Source: Rubripirellula sp. (GTDB taxonomy: Bacteria > Planctomycetota > Planctomycetia > Pirellulales > Pirellulaceae). Taken from it: 64,000 bases of DNA. Positions 44,678 to 55,951 of the stretch are shown piece by piece; position 1 is the first letter of the stretch, and every line of letters begins with the position of its first letter. The stretch lies in NCBI GenBank assembly GCA_965216875.1, contig OZ244207.1, positions 4,032,001 through 4,096,000 on the forward strand, in the 5' to 3' direction. Under the pieces are notes generated by a model. That model was given only the letters and a program-made list of their open reading frames with translations, was not told the origin of the DNA and searched no databases. A program made the translations under genes and the position numbers.

Positions 44678-45751
44678 TTAATCTTTGAGATGATCGACAA
44701 AGAACTGTACGGTCCGCTGAACGATCTCGTCGCGTGTTGGATGGATATCTGCATCGACACGACGCCAATTGTGTCCCGAATTCTTCACGATGAGGATCTC
44801 GACCGGCGCGCCGATCGCCTCCGCCTTTTGCTTCATGAAGTATGCGTGCTTGACCGGAATGGTCGTGTCTTTGTCGCCTTGAACCATGAGCAGCGGAGAA
44901 CTCTCCGTTGCCAGATAGTTCACAGGGCTCATCTCGCGGTATCGCTGCAGCTTGATCTCGGGATCAGGAACGCCAGGGCCGAGGATGCGTGGGCCAAAGC
45001 GGTCGCGAAAATCAGCTCGATCATCATGATTGAAAAGCTCCGTCTTCTCGAAATCGCATGGGCCGTACCAAGAAACGCCACATACCATGCGATAGTGACT
45101 TGTCGCCAATGCCGCGTCGCCCGCGAGCGTTTGCGGAGCGGACAGTAACAACATTTGAGCAATCTGCCCGCCAGCTGAATCTCCCATGACGAAGAACCTC
45201 GCCGGGTCAAGCTTGAGCTTCTGGGAGTGCTTTGCGAGGTAGCGGCACGCGTCCTTGCAGTCGACCACACAGTCGCGCATCGTGACGGCGGATTCCTTCT
45301 TGCACAGCCGATAGTCGACCGTCGCCACGGCAAAACCGTGGCTGAGCAAACGTTGAAAGACGTCTCTAAACGAGCCGCGGTGGATGCCTTGGCGACTGCC
45401 AGCCGACCAACCGCCCCCATGGGTGTAAATGACGAGGGGACGATCGGTTTCCGTCGACGCTTCGTTGCCCGGAGGGTAATAAAGGTCCAGCTGCAACTCG
45501 CGTTGACCGACTCGTTTGTAAACGACATCGAGCTGCGAATCTTCGGCCGCTACCAAAGAACGCCCCCGTTTCCGGCCCTTGTCGCTTGCACGCTCAACCT
45601 TCGCCGAACGCCCCTGGTCATCTCGCCCTGGGGTCTTCGACGAATCTTGGGCATGCGCGACCGCGAACGAGGCTCCGACCGCGATCACGCACAACTGAAC
45701 ACACAAGGGTTTGAGCATAGGTCCGACTCTAAGAAACGTCGCTCGTGTCAC
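44678..45751 (-). CDS. Alpha/beta hydrolase (HSL-like/BD-FAE-like esterase)
   Basis: [24 protein letters not shown]. Confidence 0.92.
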   Translation of the reverse strand: MTRATFLRVGPMLKPLCVQLCVIAVGASFAVAHAQDSSKTPGRDDQGRSAKVERASDKGRKRGRSLVAAEDSQLDVVYKRVGQRELQLDLYYPPGNEASTETDRPLVIYTHGGGWSAGSRQGIHRGSFRDVFQRLLSHGFAVATVDYRLCKKESAVTMRDCVVDCKDACRYLAKHSQKLKLDPARFFVMGDSAGGQIAQMLLLSAPQTLAGDAALATSHYRMVCGVSWYGPCDFEKTELFNHDDRADFRDRFGPRILGPGVPDPEIKLQRYREMSPVNYLATESSPLLMVQGDKDTTIPVKHAYFMKQKAEAIGAPVEILIVKNSGHNWRRVDADIHPTRDEIVQRTVQFFVDHLKD

Positions 45752-45755
45752 ACCT

Positions 45756-48700
45756 CTACTTTTTCAAGCTCATGAGGTATTTCATCAGGTCATCGAACTC
45801 CTGACGATTGCGGAGAGATCGAACAAGCCCGGCGGGCATCATCGAATTCTTCGACTCCAACACGTCATCGATCGTATCCTCGGGAATCGTAATCGGCTTC
45901 GGCTGGGCAACGTTTCGCAAGACGATACCTTTTTCATCCTCAGAGATACGAATCCCGGTGATCACTTCTCCGTCTTCGGTCAAAACGTTGACTTGAGCGA
46001 ACTCTTTGTCGATCTGTTTTGAAGGTCGCAGCACGGCGTCGACCCAATCGACAGCCTTCATTGGCTTGGTGATCTTCGTCAGGTCAGGCCCCATCTTGGG
46101 CGCGTTGCCTGGTGGGTCATGGCAAGCGAAACAGGACGCGGCCGAGTTGTAGAACAGACGCTTACCACGTTTGATGCTTCCCTTTTCCCATGCGAGCTTT
46201 GCCAGCTCTTCAGGCGACTGCTCCATCAATTCCTTTTCAAGCTCGATATTGTTGATCACTTCCGGAGTCTGCAGATCTTCCTTGGACATCAGTTCCTTTT
46301 CGAGAGGATGAAGCTTCTCCAACTCCTCGGGCTTCCAGAAAGTCGTGCGACTCGACGAGTCGGCCCGGACCTTTGCAACCGTTTTTGCATCGATGGGCGA
46401 AGCTTTGTTGCCCCACGTGTTCCGCACGAACGTCAACACATCGGCCATGTCCTTGTCATTAAGCAGATCGCGGAACGCGGTCATCGGTGGAACGCCGCGA
46501 GCCGGATCGTAGACCTTTCCGCGAACTTGCATTTTGCCCCACATCCCATGCAGTGCAAGTTTGACGAGGCGTTCTTCGCTGCCGGTCACCCAAGGACTGC
46601 CAACCAACGGTGGATAAACGGCGCCGTTGCCGAGTCCGTTGGTTTGATGACATGTCGCGCAGTGCGACTCCCGTTGAAAGATCTCGCCGCCCCGTTTGTA
46701 GGAACCGTGATACTTGCGGTCCAAGTGCCGAGGCGTTCGATACCTCACCACGTGAAGCTCTGGCGACGCCACGAAGTTGTCAGCCAACTTGGTGTCATAC
46801 TTCGTCCAAAAATGCTCGACCGTTTTTGCGGCCATCGACGCATGTGGGACTTCGGAATCGATCAACTTGTTCAAGAGGTCATTGTTGATCACGTTGTGTT
46901 GCTGATGAAGCCACAGGGCTTCCAACAGATGATGGGCTTCCGTTTCATCATTGGGATCAAAACCCTGGGCCCAAGCTTGAGCCGCTGCGATCACCTCAGC
47001 CGAATCGCGTGCACTCAACTCAACACGTGTTCGTTGCCGAACGCCATCAACCGGGTGCTTCAAGTTTTCAAGCAGTTTCTCGATCGGCTCGCCATGGATT
47101 GCGACAGGCTTTTGCAGCGGTCGTCCCTTGGCAGTCAACCGTAAAATGCGTCCGTGCTTGTGATCTCGACTGGGATCGCGAATGTTGTGTTGCATATGAC
47201 CGATGATCATGTTGTGCCAGTCGGCGACATACAGGGCACCGTCTTCGCCAACGATCGCATCACTCGGCCGAAAGTTGCGGTCTTCGCCATTCAAGAGTTC
47301 TTTCTCTGGTGTTCCCCAAACGTGTCCATACTCACGTTTACCACCATCGCCACGGTTCAAGTCGTACTGTTTGACGCCAAGAAAACCGATCACGTTCAGA
47401 ATCAGGAAGTCTTGCTGCATGTCCTCGGGAAAATGAGCCGACGACAAGATCTCATTCGCGGGCACCGGACGAAACTCTTTTGCCAACAGCGAATGCATCT
47501 GAAATCCGTCGCCCTTGGGCCGGACTTGGTATGACTTTCCTCCAGTACCATCGTTTGCGTAGAGGTACCCCCAACGGTCAAAACTTGTTCCGTGTGGGTT
47601 TGGGCTGTTGGCTGCGATAGGTGTGATCGCGAATGTTCGCGGGTCAAATCGGTACATGCCCGATCCGCCCGTGTTCAAGTTTTGCTTCCAAGGTGTTTCG
47701 TGGTTGTGAACCAAGAAAATGCCACTTTGCCAATAGATGCCACCGTCGGGACCGTAGATCAAGTTATTGGCTGCATGGTGCGTGTCCGATGTCCCAAGAC
47801 CTTGCAGGATTGGATAACGGACATCGGCTTTGTCGTCGCCATCAGTGTCTTTCAGGAATAGCAAGTCCGGTCCCGATGTCACCAAGACGCCCCCTCCCCA
47901 AAACTCGAAGCCGAGCGGGTTGTGAACGTTTGCAAAGATCTTGCGTGCGTCGGCGACGCCATCACCATCGACATCCTCAAAGATCATCAAGCTATCTTTG
48001 AGGTCATCGCCAGGTTCCCACTTCGGGTACGAGTTCCAACTCGCAGCCCACAAGCGACCCTTCGCGTCAACTTGAAGCTGAACGGGGTTGGCCAAGTCAG
48101 GAAACATTTCCTCGGACGCGAAGACGTTTAGCTCAAAACCATCGGGAACTTTGATTTTCTTGAGGCTCTCTTCGGGGCTGAGGTAGTTTGTGCTGCCCTC
48201 TTTCTCTGAACTAGAACTTCGACTGCCACCGCCGACGTTTGTTTTCACCACAACCGGCTTGGGAACATTACTGTCGTCGGGTTTGATCGACTTGCCCTTG
48301 GCTGCTGCCCAGATCACGGCATCACGATTCGCCGTCATCGCATCGAGCATCTTGAGCTCATGAACCAAAACGTCGGCGTTAGTTTGACCGTCGACAAAAC
48401 TCAAGCCTGAGCGTGAGCCCCAGATGTCATTGCCGTCGGTGGCCCGATAACGATTGTGCCAATGCCAATTCTTGTCCTCGACCGCATCGTAGACGGCGGC
48501 CAGCGAATCAGTCGTCGCGGTCGACTTGCCAACAAGCTGTGCGGCAATCACATCGGCGAGCTTTCGGTAACCTTTGGCATTGAGGTGAATGCCGTTCAAC
48601 GTTAGTTGCTGGTCGGACGAGCGGTACAACTGAAGCGTCGGATGAAACAGATCGACAAACGTTGCGTTTACCGAGCTCGCGGCTTTCTCGGTCGCGTCAG

Positions 48701-49265
48701 TGAACGCTTCGAGGTTGGCGTTGAGCGATTTGCCGTCGGGCAGATGGCGATTGCCGGTATTCTCGTACGCGATTGGGCTGAACAAAACGAATCGCGCCTC
48801 AACACCTTTTTCTTTTCGCAGTGCACGGTACTTTTCGACAAGCTTGATCAATTCACCTTCGTACGCACTCGCTCCCGCTGGGCCAGCGTGCGACTCGTTG
48901 TAGCCGTACATGACCCACACGACGCTCGGCGCAACGTGCTGCAGGTACTCGGTGTCGTTGGTGAAACCCTTGTTACGGGGACGTTGATTCACGATGTCGC
49001 CCGAAAAGCTCATGTTTCGGAAGCGAACGTTCTTGCCTTTCAAGTTCGCTTGCAGAACCGCTTCGACCCAAGGATCGTGTTGCATTCGGTCGGCGAGTCC
49101 GTTTCCGAAGATCGCCACGACGTCATCCTGTCGAAACTCAAACGGCGTGTCCGCTTGAACTTGTGATTCGCCTAGCAGGGAAAGCGATGCCATCAACATG
49201 ACGGCCGCCGCCAATGTGTGACTGCGCACACTCAGAGACAAGTATTCAAAACACTTAAGACGCAT
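45756..49265 (-). CDS. PVC-type heme-binding protein with N-terminal SGNH-like domain and two cytochrome c domains
   Basis: [43 protein letters not shown] and CFACH. Confidence 0.9.
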   Translation of the reverse strand: MRLKCFEYLSLSVRSHTLAAAVMLMASLSLLGESQVQADTPFEFRQDDVVAIFGNGLADRMQHDPWVEAVLQANLKGKNVRFRNMSFSGDIVNQRPRNKGFTNDTEYLQHVAPSVVWVMYGYNESHAGPAGASAYEGELIKLVEKYRALRKEKGVEARFVLFSPIAYENTGNRHLPDGKSLNANLEAFTDATEKAASSVNATFVDLFHPTLQLYRSSDQQLTLNGIHLNAKGYRKLADVIAAQLVGKSTATTDSLAAVYDAVEDKNWHWHNRYRATDGNDIWGSRSGLSFVDGQTNADVLVHELKMLDAMTANRDAVIWAAAKGKSIKPDDSNVPKPVVVKTNVGGGSRSSSSEKEGSTNYLSPEESLKKIKVPDGFELNVFASEEMFPDLANPVQLQVDAKGRLWAASWNSYPKWEPGDDLKDSLMIFEDVDGDGVADARKIFANVHNPLGFEFWGGGVLVTSGPDLLFLKDTDGDDKADVRYPILQGLGTSDTHHAANNLIYGPDGGIYWQSGIFLVHNHETPWKQNLNTGGSGMYRFDPRTFAITPIAANSPNPHGTSFDRWGYLYANDGTGGKSYQVRPKGDGFQMHSLLAKEFRPVPANEILSSAHFPEDMQQDFLILNVIGFLGVKQYDLNRGDGGKREYGHVWGTPEKELLNGEDRNFRPSDAIVGEDGALYVADWHNMIIGHMQHNIRDPSRDHKHGRILRLTAKGRPLQKPVAIHGEPIEKLLENLKHPVDGVRQRTRVELSARDSAEVIAAAQAWAQGFDPNDETEAHHLLEALWLHQQHNVINNDLLNKLIDSEVPHASMAAKTVEHFWTKYDTKLADNFVASPELHVVRYRTPRHLDRKYHGSYKRGGEIFQRESHCATCHQTNGLGNGAVYPPLVGSPWVTGSEERLVKLALHGMWGKMQVRGKVYDPARGVPPMTAFRDLLNDKDMADVLTFVRNTWGNKASPIDAKTVAKVRADSSSRTTFWKPEELEKLHPLEKELMSKEDLQTPEVINNIELEKELMEQSPEELAKLAWEKGSIKRGKRLFYNSAASCFACHDPPGNAPKMGPDLTKITKPMKAVDWVDAVLRPSKQIDKEFAQVNVLTEDGEVITGIRISEDEKGIVLRNVAQPKPITIPEDTIDDVLESKNSMMPAGLVRSLRNRQEFDDLMKYLMSLKK

Positions 49266-49367
49266 TGGGTTGCTCAAGAGAGGGAAGGGGTGGGGGAAGG
49301 AAAGGGTGGGAGGGAAAAGGGGAAGGGTAGGTGTAGGGGTTGGTCAATGCTGGGGAGGGGCTGTTTG

Positions 49368-51122
49368 CTAGGGGCGTCCAACCTCATAGATGGCACGCAC
49401 TTGTTGGTCATCGATCGCCTCGCCAAAGACAATCAATTCATCGATGCAGCCATTGAGGTTGCGCACGGCCGTTCGGCGATGTCGGCTTGTCGGAGCGGCC
49501 CAGTTCCCAATCGTCGCATCGCCGATCGTCAGTAAACCCGACGCAGGCATCCTTAGTGGTTCGCGCGCCGAAACGTCTCCATTGACGTAATGCGTGACCC
49601 TGCCTTGATCGGCGTCGTAAACCGTCGCCAAGTGCATCCACTGACCAAGGCGAAACAGATTGAAGACCGGCTCGGTCCGATAATCGTGGGCGACCGATTG
49701 GGAATGGCGAACACCCAAAATCATTTGTCCATTCTGACGAATCTGCCAGTGCGGGCTGTTGACGGTGTAGCTATCGGCGAGCAGCAATGAGTTGTAGAGT
49801 CGGTCAAGTCCGTCAACGCGCAACCACGTCGAATAGGACAACGACCTTGCTCCGCCTGGGACGGAGATGCGAACTCGATCCCCTGGACGTTTGAATTGCA
49901 ACGATGTTTTGCCTGGCCAGCGTCCTTCCGACCATTCGCAGCCAACAATCGCTCCTTCGATTCGTGCGCCATCTTTGCCATAGCCGACAAGGATGCGGTC
50001 TTCCGAGTCGTTTCGATCAAACGGAAAATAAGCGACCACTCGTGGATCTGCTTGCAACGAATCTCGAAAGGAACGCCAATCGCGAAGCTGGGCCTGACGC
50101 CGCACATCGGTCATCGTGCTCAAACGACTTGGCGTCACAAAGTCTTCATCACGCACTTGAATCGGCGTTGACGTGCCATCGTGAGCAACGGTCAGCGCGT
50201 CACCCGCATTCAATTCGCGGCGCGAGTCGACGCTTCGGTTCGACTCTGCGTCGTACAGTTCGACTTTACCGTCAAACACATGCACTTCGGCCTCGCCATC
50301 GCTGGCAACATCAAGGCCAAATTCGGTACCAAGGTCGACTAACTCGAAATTGGACGCGAGAACAGCAAATCCCCGTGCAGGCTCTGGAACGTGGGCTCGA
50401 AGCCGCCCCGAACGACAGACAACCTTTGATTCATCGACGATTTCAATTTCCGCAGGGCCTTCAACCACAACGGTCGCGCCACAGTAGAACTCAAGCTGCA
50501 ACAGGCCCGCATCCCACTTCATCGCTCCGGGTGGAATCGTCTCGCCAACTTGCCAACCCTGCGTTGCCGAACCTTCAAGGCCAGCCACTCGCGTGAGCAC
50601 AGCCACACCGTTGTCGTTGACACCGGTTTCATCGCTGGCAACTTCGGTCGCCGGGGCATTGCCTTCAGCAGCGACCTTCACGATCCTCTCACCGCGTCCC
50701 TCTTCGAGCGATTGGTGAACCAGCAAGCCAACGAGCAACAGGATCGCGACACTTGCCGTCAACCATCCAGCCATGCCGCCAGATCGAAACCAGCGCCAAT
50801 TGTCGAGCCGAGAGGTCGTGGACAACCCATCGACGCGAGACTCACCCGCCGCGTTCATCGCCGAAGCAACGACTTGGTTCACAAAGTTGTCATTTTCCTC
50901 AGAGGCTTGAGCGCGCACCTGCAACGAAGCGAGAAGACGCTGTTCGTCGCGCAACACATCTTCGTACTGCGACAAGCGATCGCTCATCATCAGGTGATCA
51001 CGAAGACGCTGCAGCTTTTCGGGGTCTGCTGAAACCATCTCGACCAATTCATCGAGTTGGTCGGCCGTGATCTCATCATCGACCAAGATGCTAAGCAACT
51101 CTTCAAAGCGATCTTGCGCCAC
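49368..51122 (-). CDS. FecR-domain anti-sigma factor with C-terminal LamG-like domain
   Basis: TM helix; VDLGTEFG, EVHVFDGKV; GRWPGK, WMHLATVYD, IGNW, NGCIDEL. Confidence 0.9.
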   Translation of the reverse strand: MAQDRFEELLSILVDDEITADQLDELVEMVSADPEKLQRLRDHLMMSDRLSQYEDVLRDEQRLLASLQVRAQASEENDNFVNQVVASAMNAAGESRVDGLSTTSRLDNWRWFRSGGMAGWLTASVAILLLVGLLVHQSLEEGRGERIVKVAAEGNAPATEVASDETGVNDNGVAVLTRVAGLEGSATQGWQVGETIPPGAMKWDAGLLQLEFYCGATVVVEGPAEIEIVDESKVVCRSGRLRAHVPEPARGFAVLASNFELVDLGTEFGLDVASDGEAEVHVFDGKVELYDAESNRSVDSRRELNAGDALTVAHDGTSTPIQVRDEDFVTPSRLSTMTDVRRQAQLRDWRSFRDSLQADPRVVAYFPFDRNDSEDRILVGYGKDGARIEGAIVGCEWSEGRWPGKTSLQFKRPGDRVRISVPGGARSLSYSTWLRVDGLDRLYNSLLLADSYTVNSPHWQIRQNGQMILGVRHSQSVAHDYRTEPVFNLFRLGQWMHLATVYDADQGRVTHYVNGDVSAREPLRMPASGLLTIGDATIGNWAAPTSRHRRTAVRNLNGCIDELIVFGEAIDDQQVRAIYEVGRP

Positions 51123-51125
51123 GAC

Positions 51126-51668
51126 CTAGCCCTCCGCCGTTTGAAGTTCGATGCACTGCTTCAACTGCTCGCGAATCCGCATCAGCGCCTGCCGAACCGC
51201 GGCTGAGGTCATGCCAAGATGATCTGCCAGGTCGGGTGCTTTCCAACCATCGCTGTAGCGTCCCGCAACGATCTGGCGGCTCTTCGGTGCAAGTTGTTCG
51301 ACACAGTCCCGGAGCGCGGAAACACGACACTGCTCCCAACCGATCGCTTCGCAGTCGTCTTCGACCGGACCAACAAGGAGCTCAGTCAATCGTTCGTTCA
51401 AAATACGGTTGCGTCGTTGATCTTTTCGACGTTCGTTCCGAACCAAATTGCGTGCGATGCCGCGCAACCATTTGCCAAGATCGCGCTGCGCGTCAAAGGA
51501 ATCGAATTCGCGCCAAGCGACCAAAAAGACTTCCTGTGCCAGGTCGTCGACCCAATCGGGGGCGACCCCTAGCGCACGAACGAAGGAACGCAACTGCTGG
51601 TGCTCTTGAGCGACCAGCTCGGCGAATTGCGTGAATTCCGGCGAATTCGTTGATTCAGAACGTCCCAT
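51126..51668 (-). CDS. ECF RNA polymerase sigma-70 factor
   Basis: DDLAQEVF, WLRGIARN, C-terminal HTH 'DLADHLGMTSAAVRQALMRIR'. Confidence 0.95.
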   Translation of the reverse strand: MGRSESTNSPEFTQFAELVAQEHQQLRSFVRALGVAPDWVDDLAQEVFLVAWREFDSFDAQRDLGKWLRGIARNLVRNERRKDQRRNRILNERLTELLVGPVEDDCEAIGWEQCRVSALRDCVEQLAPKSRQIVAGRYSDGWKAPDLADHLGMTSAAVRQALMRIREQLKQCIELQTAEG

Positions 51669-51841
51669 ATTCGTACCTTGTCGCGAGCCGGCCAAGTGTG
51701 ACGAAAGAATCTCAAGAATAATCCTGGAAGCTCACGTGAGAGCCCCCTGAATTGCGGGACACCTGATTGGCGACACGGGAACGACGGGTCTTCGGCGTCG
51801 ACAACGCGGCCCCGCCTTCAAGCTGGCTGAGACGGAACAGC

Positions 51842-52798
51842 CTATTTCAAAGCTGGGACGGCCAGTTTCTCGCCATTGGTGGTGAGGATTTGAAAATGGT
51901 GGATCCCAGCTTTCTGTCCATCGGCGTGAGTCCACACGACCTTTTTGTCACGAGTGACCTCAAATACTTTGGGGGCGTCGCGATCCTTTCGTCCACCCGC
52001 GTAACTGGTGATCACAACGTTTCCATTGGGCAGCACTTGTCCGCCACAGGGGTCCTGCAACCACGGCCCCGGCAAATCATCGTTGGTCAGTGTCCAAACG
52101 ATCTTGCCATCGGCATCAAAGTCAACAACGCGATTGCCATGAGTGCAACAGACGAGCGTGTGTTGATCACCGTGCCGAATGGCGGTGAACGGCCAAGTAT
52201 GGACCTCGTGTTCATTGTCACCCGCCACGGTGGTATCGAGCTTGTTGATCACTTCACCCTCGGCCGAGTACTCGAAGACCGCAAAGTCGAGCAAGTGCGG
52301 CGCAAGGTACGTCCCCTCGGCAGTCTTTCGCGCCATGCGTGTCTGCATGTGATGATTCTGTTTCTGGCAGGCAAGTGGAAACTCAACGACGACTTTGCCT
52401 TCGGCACTGAGCTCGAGCAGCCTTGGCTTTTTGCCCGCTTCGGTGATGACGTAGTTTCCACTTGGGGTCGGCTGAGCACTGTTGACCTCGCTCTGAGTCC
52501 CCTTCCAAATCAACATCTCGCTTCCATCGGTACCCACCCGAACAACCGCACCTCCTTTGTGCTTGTTCGATTTACTGAGTGTCAGCAAGACACTGCCATC
52601 AGGCAGAACGTAGCCATCACGTGTTGATGCGGGATAAGTCCACGTAGGCTTTCCATCTTCGCCCATGATGTACGTCTTGCTTCCGCAAGCAAGAAAGCTG
52701 TGCGTGGTATTTTGCTTCTGCGCGTCGTCTTGGGCGGCAACGTTGATCGCTGCAAAGAGACAAAGGATCAGCGACGTCAGGAGTGTGGTGGGCTTCAT
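51842..52798 (-). CDS. Secreted beta-propeller protein (PQQ/arylsulfotransferase-like repeats)
   Basis: Signal peptide; repeats 'DGYVLPDGSVLL', 'GQVLPNGNVVI', 'FEVTRDKKVVW'. Confidence 0.75.
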   Translation of the reverse strand: MKPTTLLTSLILCLFAAINVAAQDDAQKQNTTHSFLACGSKTYIMGEDGKPTWTYPASTRDGYVLPDGSVLLTLSKSNKHKGGAVVRVGTDGSEMLIWKGTQSEVNSAQPTPSGNYVITEAGKKPRLLELSAEGKVVVEFPLACQKQNHHMQTRMARKTAEGTYLAPHLLDFAVFEYSAEGEVINKLDTTVAGDNEHEVHTWPFTAIRHGDQHTLVCCTHGNRVVDFDADGKIVWTLTNDDLPGPWLQDPCGGQVLPNGNVVITSYAGGRKDRDAPKVFEVTRDKKVVWTHADGQKAGIHHFQILTTNGEKLAVPALK

Positions 52799-52886
52799 GA
52801 TGGTTTCCGGCAAACGGGTTGTATTTTCTCCGCGGGAGCGCGAGCCAACATATTAGCACCGCACAAGAAGGTCATGGCCCGATAGT

Positions 52887-52948
52887 GTCGCCTTTTGCTC
52901 CGCAAAAGTTGCGTTTGCGGACGCTCCTTTCGCGGAGCGAAAGGCGAC
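52887..52948. repeat. 62-bp palindromic intergenic repeat, copy 2
   Basis: gtcgccttttgctccgcaaaagttgcgtttgcggacgctcctttcgcggagcgaaaggcgac; inverse of 10836-10897. Confidence 0.85.
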
Positions 52949-53008
52949 GTTCTAAACGGCTCGCACTAGCGCCAAAGCGGCTTACGGATCGGGTTTGCTT
53001 ACGACCTA

Positions 53009-54475
53009 CTATCGGCCACGACGTTCCGATTTTGCCTTGAATTCGGGCGCTGCGTCTTTCGGGAGCCAACGAGCCAATTGATCGCGCACCCGCTTGGACT
53101 CGGAGTTGCCGGCAAGATTTCGAGCCTCCGTGGAATCGCTGCGATGATCATACAACTCTTCCGCTCCATCGTCGTAAACGATCAACCGCCAATCCCGACT
53201 CCGAATTGAGTGATTCCCAAAATAGGAAGAAGTCACCGCAGGACGCTCGCGATGCGCCGCCGGGTCAGCGAGCTGAGGCACAAGCGACATGCCTTCAAGG
53301 TGGTCGCTCGTTGGCAAGCCGCAGAGTTCAACCAACGTAGGGTAGATGTCAATCAAGCTCGCGGGCTCCTTGCATGGTTTGCCGGGCTTGATTCCCGGTC
53401 CCGCGATCAACAGTGGAACGCGAGTCGATTCCTCCCATAGCGTTCGCTTGGCCCAGTGTCGCTTTTCGCCAAGATGAAATCCGTGATCGCTCCAAAGTAC
53501 GATCAACGTATTGTCGGCGTGGGGGCTCGACTGCAATCCCTCGAGCACAATCCCAACGCAATGATCGACAAAACTGATCGATGCGAGGTAGGCATGGGTG
53601 AGACTTCGCTGCTTGCCGTAGCGAACGACTTCACGATGCGTTGGCGCTGCGGCGTAGTCATTGATTCCGAGAAAGTTGGGCGGAAGGTCATCGAGATCAC
53701 GATCATTGGTCGGTGGCAACCAAAAGGAATCGCGATCGTATCGTTCAAACCATTTCGGAGGAACGTAAAGCGGAACATGCGGACGAAAGAATCCGACCGA
53801 CATAAAAAACGGCTTATCAAAGTCCTGCTGAAACACCTTCGCCGCTTGAGTGGCCAGCTGATGCTCACCCATTTCCTCGTCACGCTCTGGAAACGCTCCC
53901 CAGTCCCAAGCCTTGCTCCAGTGGGGCGGGCGATTGAGCGGTTTTCGCGGCGAGGGACTTTTTTTGCGTCCGAGCGATTGGTCGATATCTTCGGCAAGCC
54001 TGCCGCTGAAACCGTGATGCAGGACCTTACCTCCCGACAGAGTGAAATAGCCTCGGTCCTTGAAGTAGCGATGAAGGGTGGGGATATCGTCGAGCGCCGG
54101 GAGCTCTTCATATCGCGGACCAAGCTCGTAGCTGCCGTGCGTTGTCGCAGCGACGCCCGACATCACGCTGACACGCGATGCCGAACAGACCGGCACGGCA
54201 CAATGCGCATTCGTGAAATTGCGTCCCCGCTTGGCCAGGGCATCCATATGAGGCGTCAACGCATCAGGATGGCCTCCGAGAAACCCGACCCAATCGTTGA
54301 GATCATCGATGCAGATCATCAAGACGTTGGGCCGCTGCGACGGGTCGGCCGACTCAGCATGGCAATGGGTCTGGCCTCCGATGGTCGCCCACACCGCGAT
54401 CGTGATGATCACGACCTGCGCCAAACAACGCGGCGTTCCGCCCGGATCGTTCTTACACACTGACCTGACCTGCAT
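53009..54475 (-). CDS. Sulfatase (iduronate-2-sulfatase/choline-sulfatase-like)
   Basis: PNVLMICIDDLND, CSASR, GKVLH, RPHVP, WSDHGFHLGEK. Confidence 0.93.
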   Translation of the reverse strand: MQVRSVCKNDPGGTPRCLAQVVIITIAVWATIGGQTHCHAESADPSQRPNVLMICIDDLNDWVGFLGGHPDALTPHMDALAKRGRNFTNAHCAVPVCSASRVSVMSGVAATTHGSYELGPRYEELPALDDIPTLHRYFKDRGYFTLSGGKVLHHGFSGRLAEDIDQSLGRKKSPSPRKPLNRPPHWSKAWDWGAFPERDEEMGEHQLATQAAKVFQQDFDKPFFMSVGFFRPHVPLYVPPKWFERYDRDSFWLPPTNDRDLDDLPPNFLGINDYAAAPTHREVVRYGKQRSLTHAYLASISFVDHCVGIVLEGLQSSPHADNTLIVLWSDHGFHLGEKRHWAKRTLWEESTRVPLLIAGPGIKPGKPCKEPASLIDIYPTLVELCGLPTSDHLEGMSLVPQLADPAAHRERPAVTSSYFGNHSIRSRDWRLIVYDDGAEELYDHRSDSTEARNLAGNSESKRVRDQLARWLPKDAAPEFKAKSERRGR

Positions 54476-54477
54476 CG

Positions 54478-55875
54478 TTAGCGTTTCCGCAGCTTTCGAT
54501 CCGCCTTTGGATTGGCTTGGACAAACTTGCCCGCCTGCCTCTCGGCGGGAATGTACCACTGCTCCAAAAGCTCGCTCATCTCGGCCACAAGCATTGGTTT
54601 TCGGGAAGCCAGATTCACTTTCTCGAACGGATCTGTTTTCAAATCAAACAGCTGGGGAGCACCGCTCGTCGGCGGGTACTTCATCTTCCCCGGTGCGCCG
54701 TCATACGTGAGCAACAGCTTATCGTGACCTCGAATCACCCACCGATACAACAGCGAAGCATGAGGCTGATCGATGTCGGCGATGTCGTGCGCGAACGATT
54801 CACCGTACAAAGTGTTTCGCTCAATCGACGCACCAGTCTGCAATTGCGGCAAAAGGTTCAAACCTGGAAACTCGTGCGGTCCACTTGCTCCAGCGGCGGC
54901 CAGTACGGTTGGCACGAAATCGATTGACGAACAGAGTTCCGACCGGTCCTTTGCAGGAATGGTCCCTGGCCAACGAAACATGATCGGCGTGCGTGTGCCA
55001 AGTTCATTGGGACTACGCTTCGATCGTGGTGCATAGCTTCCACCTTCGGTCTGCACCCAACCGTTGTCGGTCACGTAGACCACCAGCGTGTTCTCGCCGA
55101 CACCGGCCGCATCGATATGGTCGACCAACGCACCACACGTTTCATCGAACCACTCACACATGGCATAGTACTTCGCAATCCGAGGCTGCACGCCTTTGGC
55201 AACATACTTGTCCAGCAAACGCGCTGGCGGCGTGTGCGGTGTGTGGGGCATGAAGGGAGCGTACCAAACGAAGAAGGGCTTTTCCGCAGCAACACTTCGA
55301 TCGATGAAGTCGGTCACCGGCTTGATTCCCTCGCGGCCAATCTTCAACCCTGCGTCACCATGACGACCACCTTTGTTTGGAAAGCCTTTGGTCATTCCCT
55401 CGGTAAAACCGCCACGCGCAAACGATCCTTCCCACCATTTCCCACTTTGATGGCTGACATAACCGCGGCGAGCCAACCACTGCGGCAACGCGCCGGTCTG
55501 GTCAATGTGCGAAATCAACAGCTCACGCGCGTCCTCGCCCTCACGATCAACATGCTTCTGGTTCGCTGGCGTTTTCGCCGGGTCGTTGCCCGTTGTCTTG
55601 TTCTGATGGGAATAGAGTCCGGTAATTAACGTCATCAACGCTGGTCGGCAAAGCGCTGTTGGGACATACCCGCGGCGAAAAAGCGTGCTCTCACGCGCGA
55701 GCGCATCCAAATGGGGCGTTTCGATTTCAGGATGCCCCATGAATCCATAGTCGGTGTAACCCTGGTCATCCGACAGGATCAAAACGATGTTGGGTAGCGG
55801 TTGGTCGGCAGCGAGCGAACCGGCGCTAACCAAAACGATCGCGAGCAATGCAAAGATGGATTTCATGTTGTTCAT
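54478..55875 (-). CDS. Sulfatase with non-canonical CRPAL motif
   Basis: PNIVLILSDDQG, LCRPALMTLITG, GKWW, MPHTPH, TDNG. Confidence 0.92.
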   Translation of the reverse strand: MNNMKSIFALLAIVLVSAGSLAADQPLPNIVLILSDDQGYTDYGFMGHPEIETPHLDALARESTLFRRGYVPTALCRPALMTLITGLYSHQNKTTGNDPAKTPANQKHVDREGEDARELLISHIDQTGALPQWLARRGYVSHQSGKWWEGSFARGGFTEGMTKGFPNKGGRHGDAGLKIGREGIKPVTDFIDRSVAAEKPFFVWYAPFMPHTPHTPPARLLDKYVAKGVQPRIAKYYAMCEWFDETCGALVDHIDAAGVGENTLVVYVTDNGWVQTEGGSYAPRSKRSPNELGTRTPIMFRWPGTIPAKDRSELCSSIDFVPTVLAAAGASGPHEFPGLNLLPQLQTGASIERNTLYGESFAHDIADIDQPHASLLYRWVIRGHDKLLLTYDGAPGKMKYPPTSGAPQLFDLKTDPFEKVNLASRKPMLVAEMSELLEQWYIPAERQAGKFVQANPKADRKLRKR

Positions 55876-55906
55876 CAAAGTGCGTGTTCGAAAGGCCACA
55901 AGAACG

Positions 55907-55938
55907 TCGCGCGGCGCGCATCGGTGCGCGCCGCGCGA
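55907..55938. other. Perfect 14-bp GC-rich intergenic hairpin
   Basis: tcgcgcggcgcgca-tcgg-tgcgcgccgcgcga between co-oriented genes; no adjacent U tract. Confidence 0.7.
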
Positions 55939-55951
55939 TACTGCGATCGGC

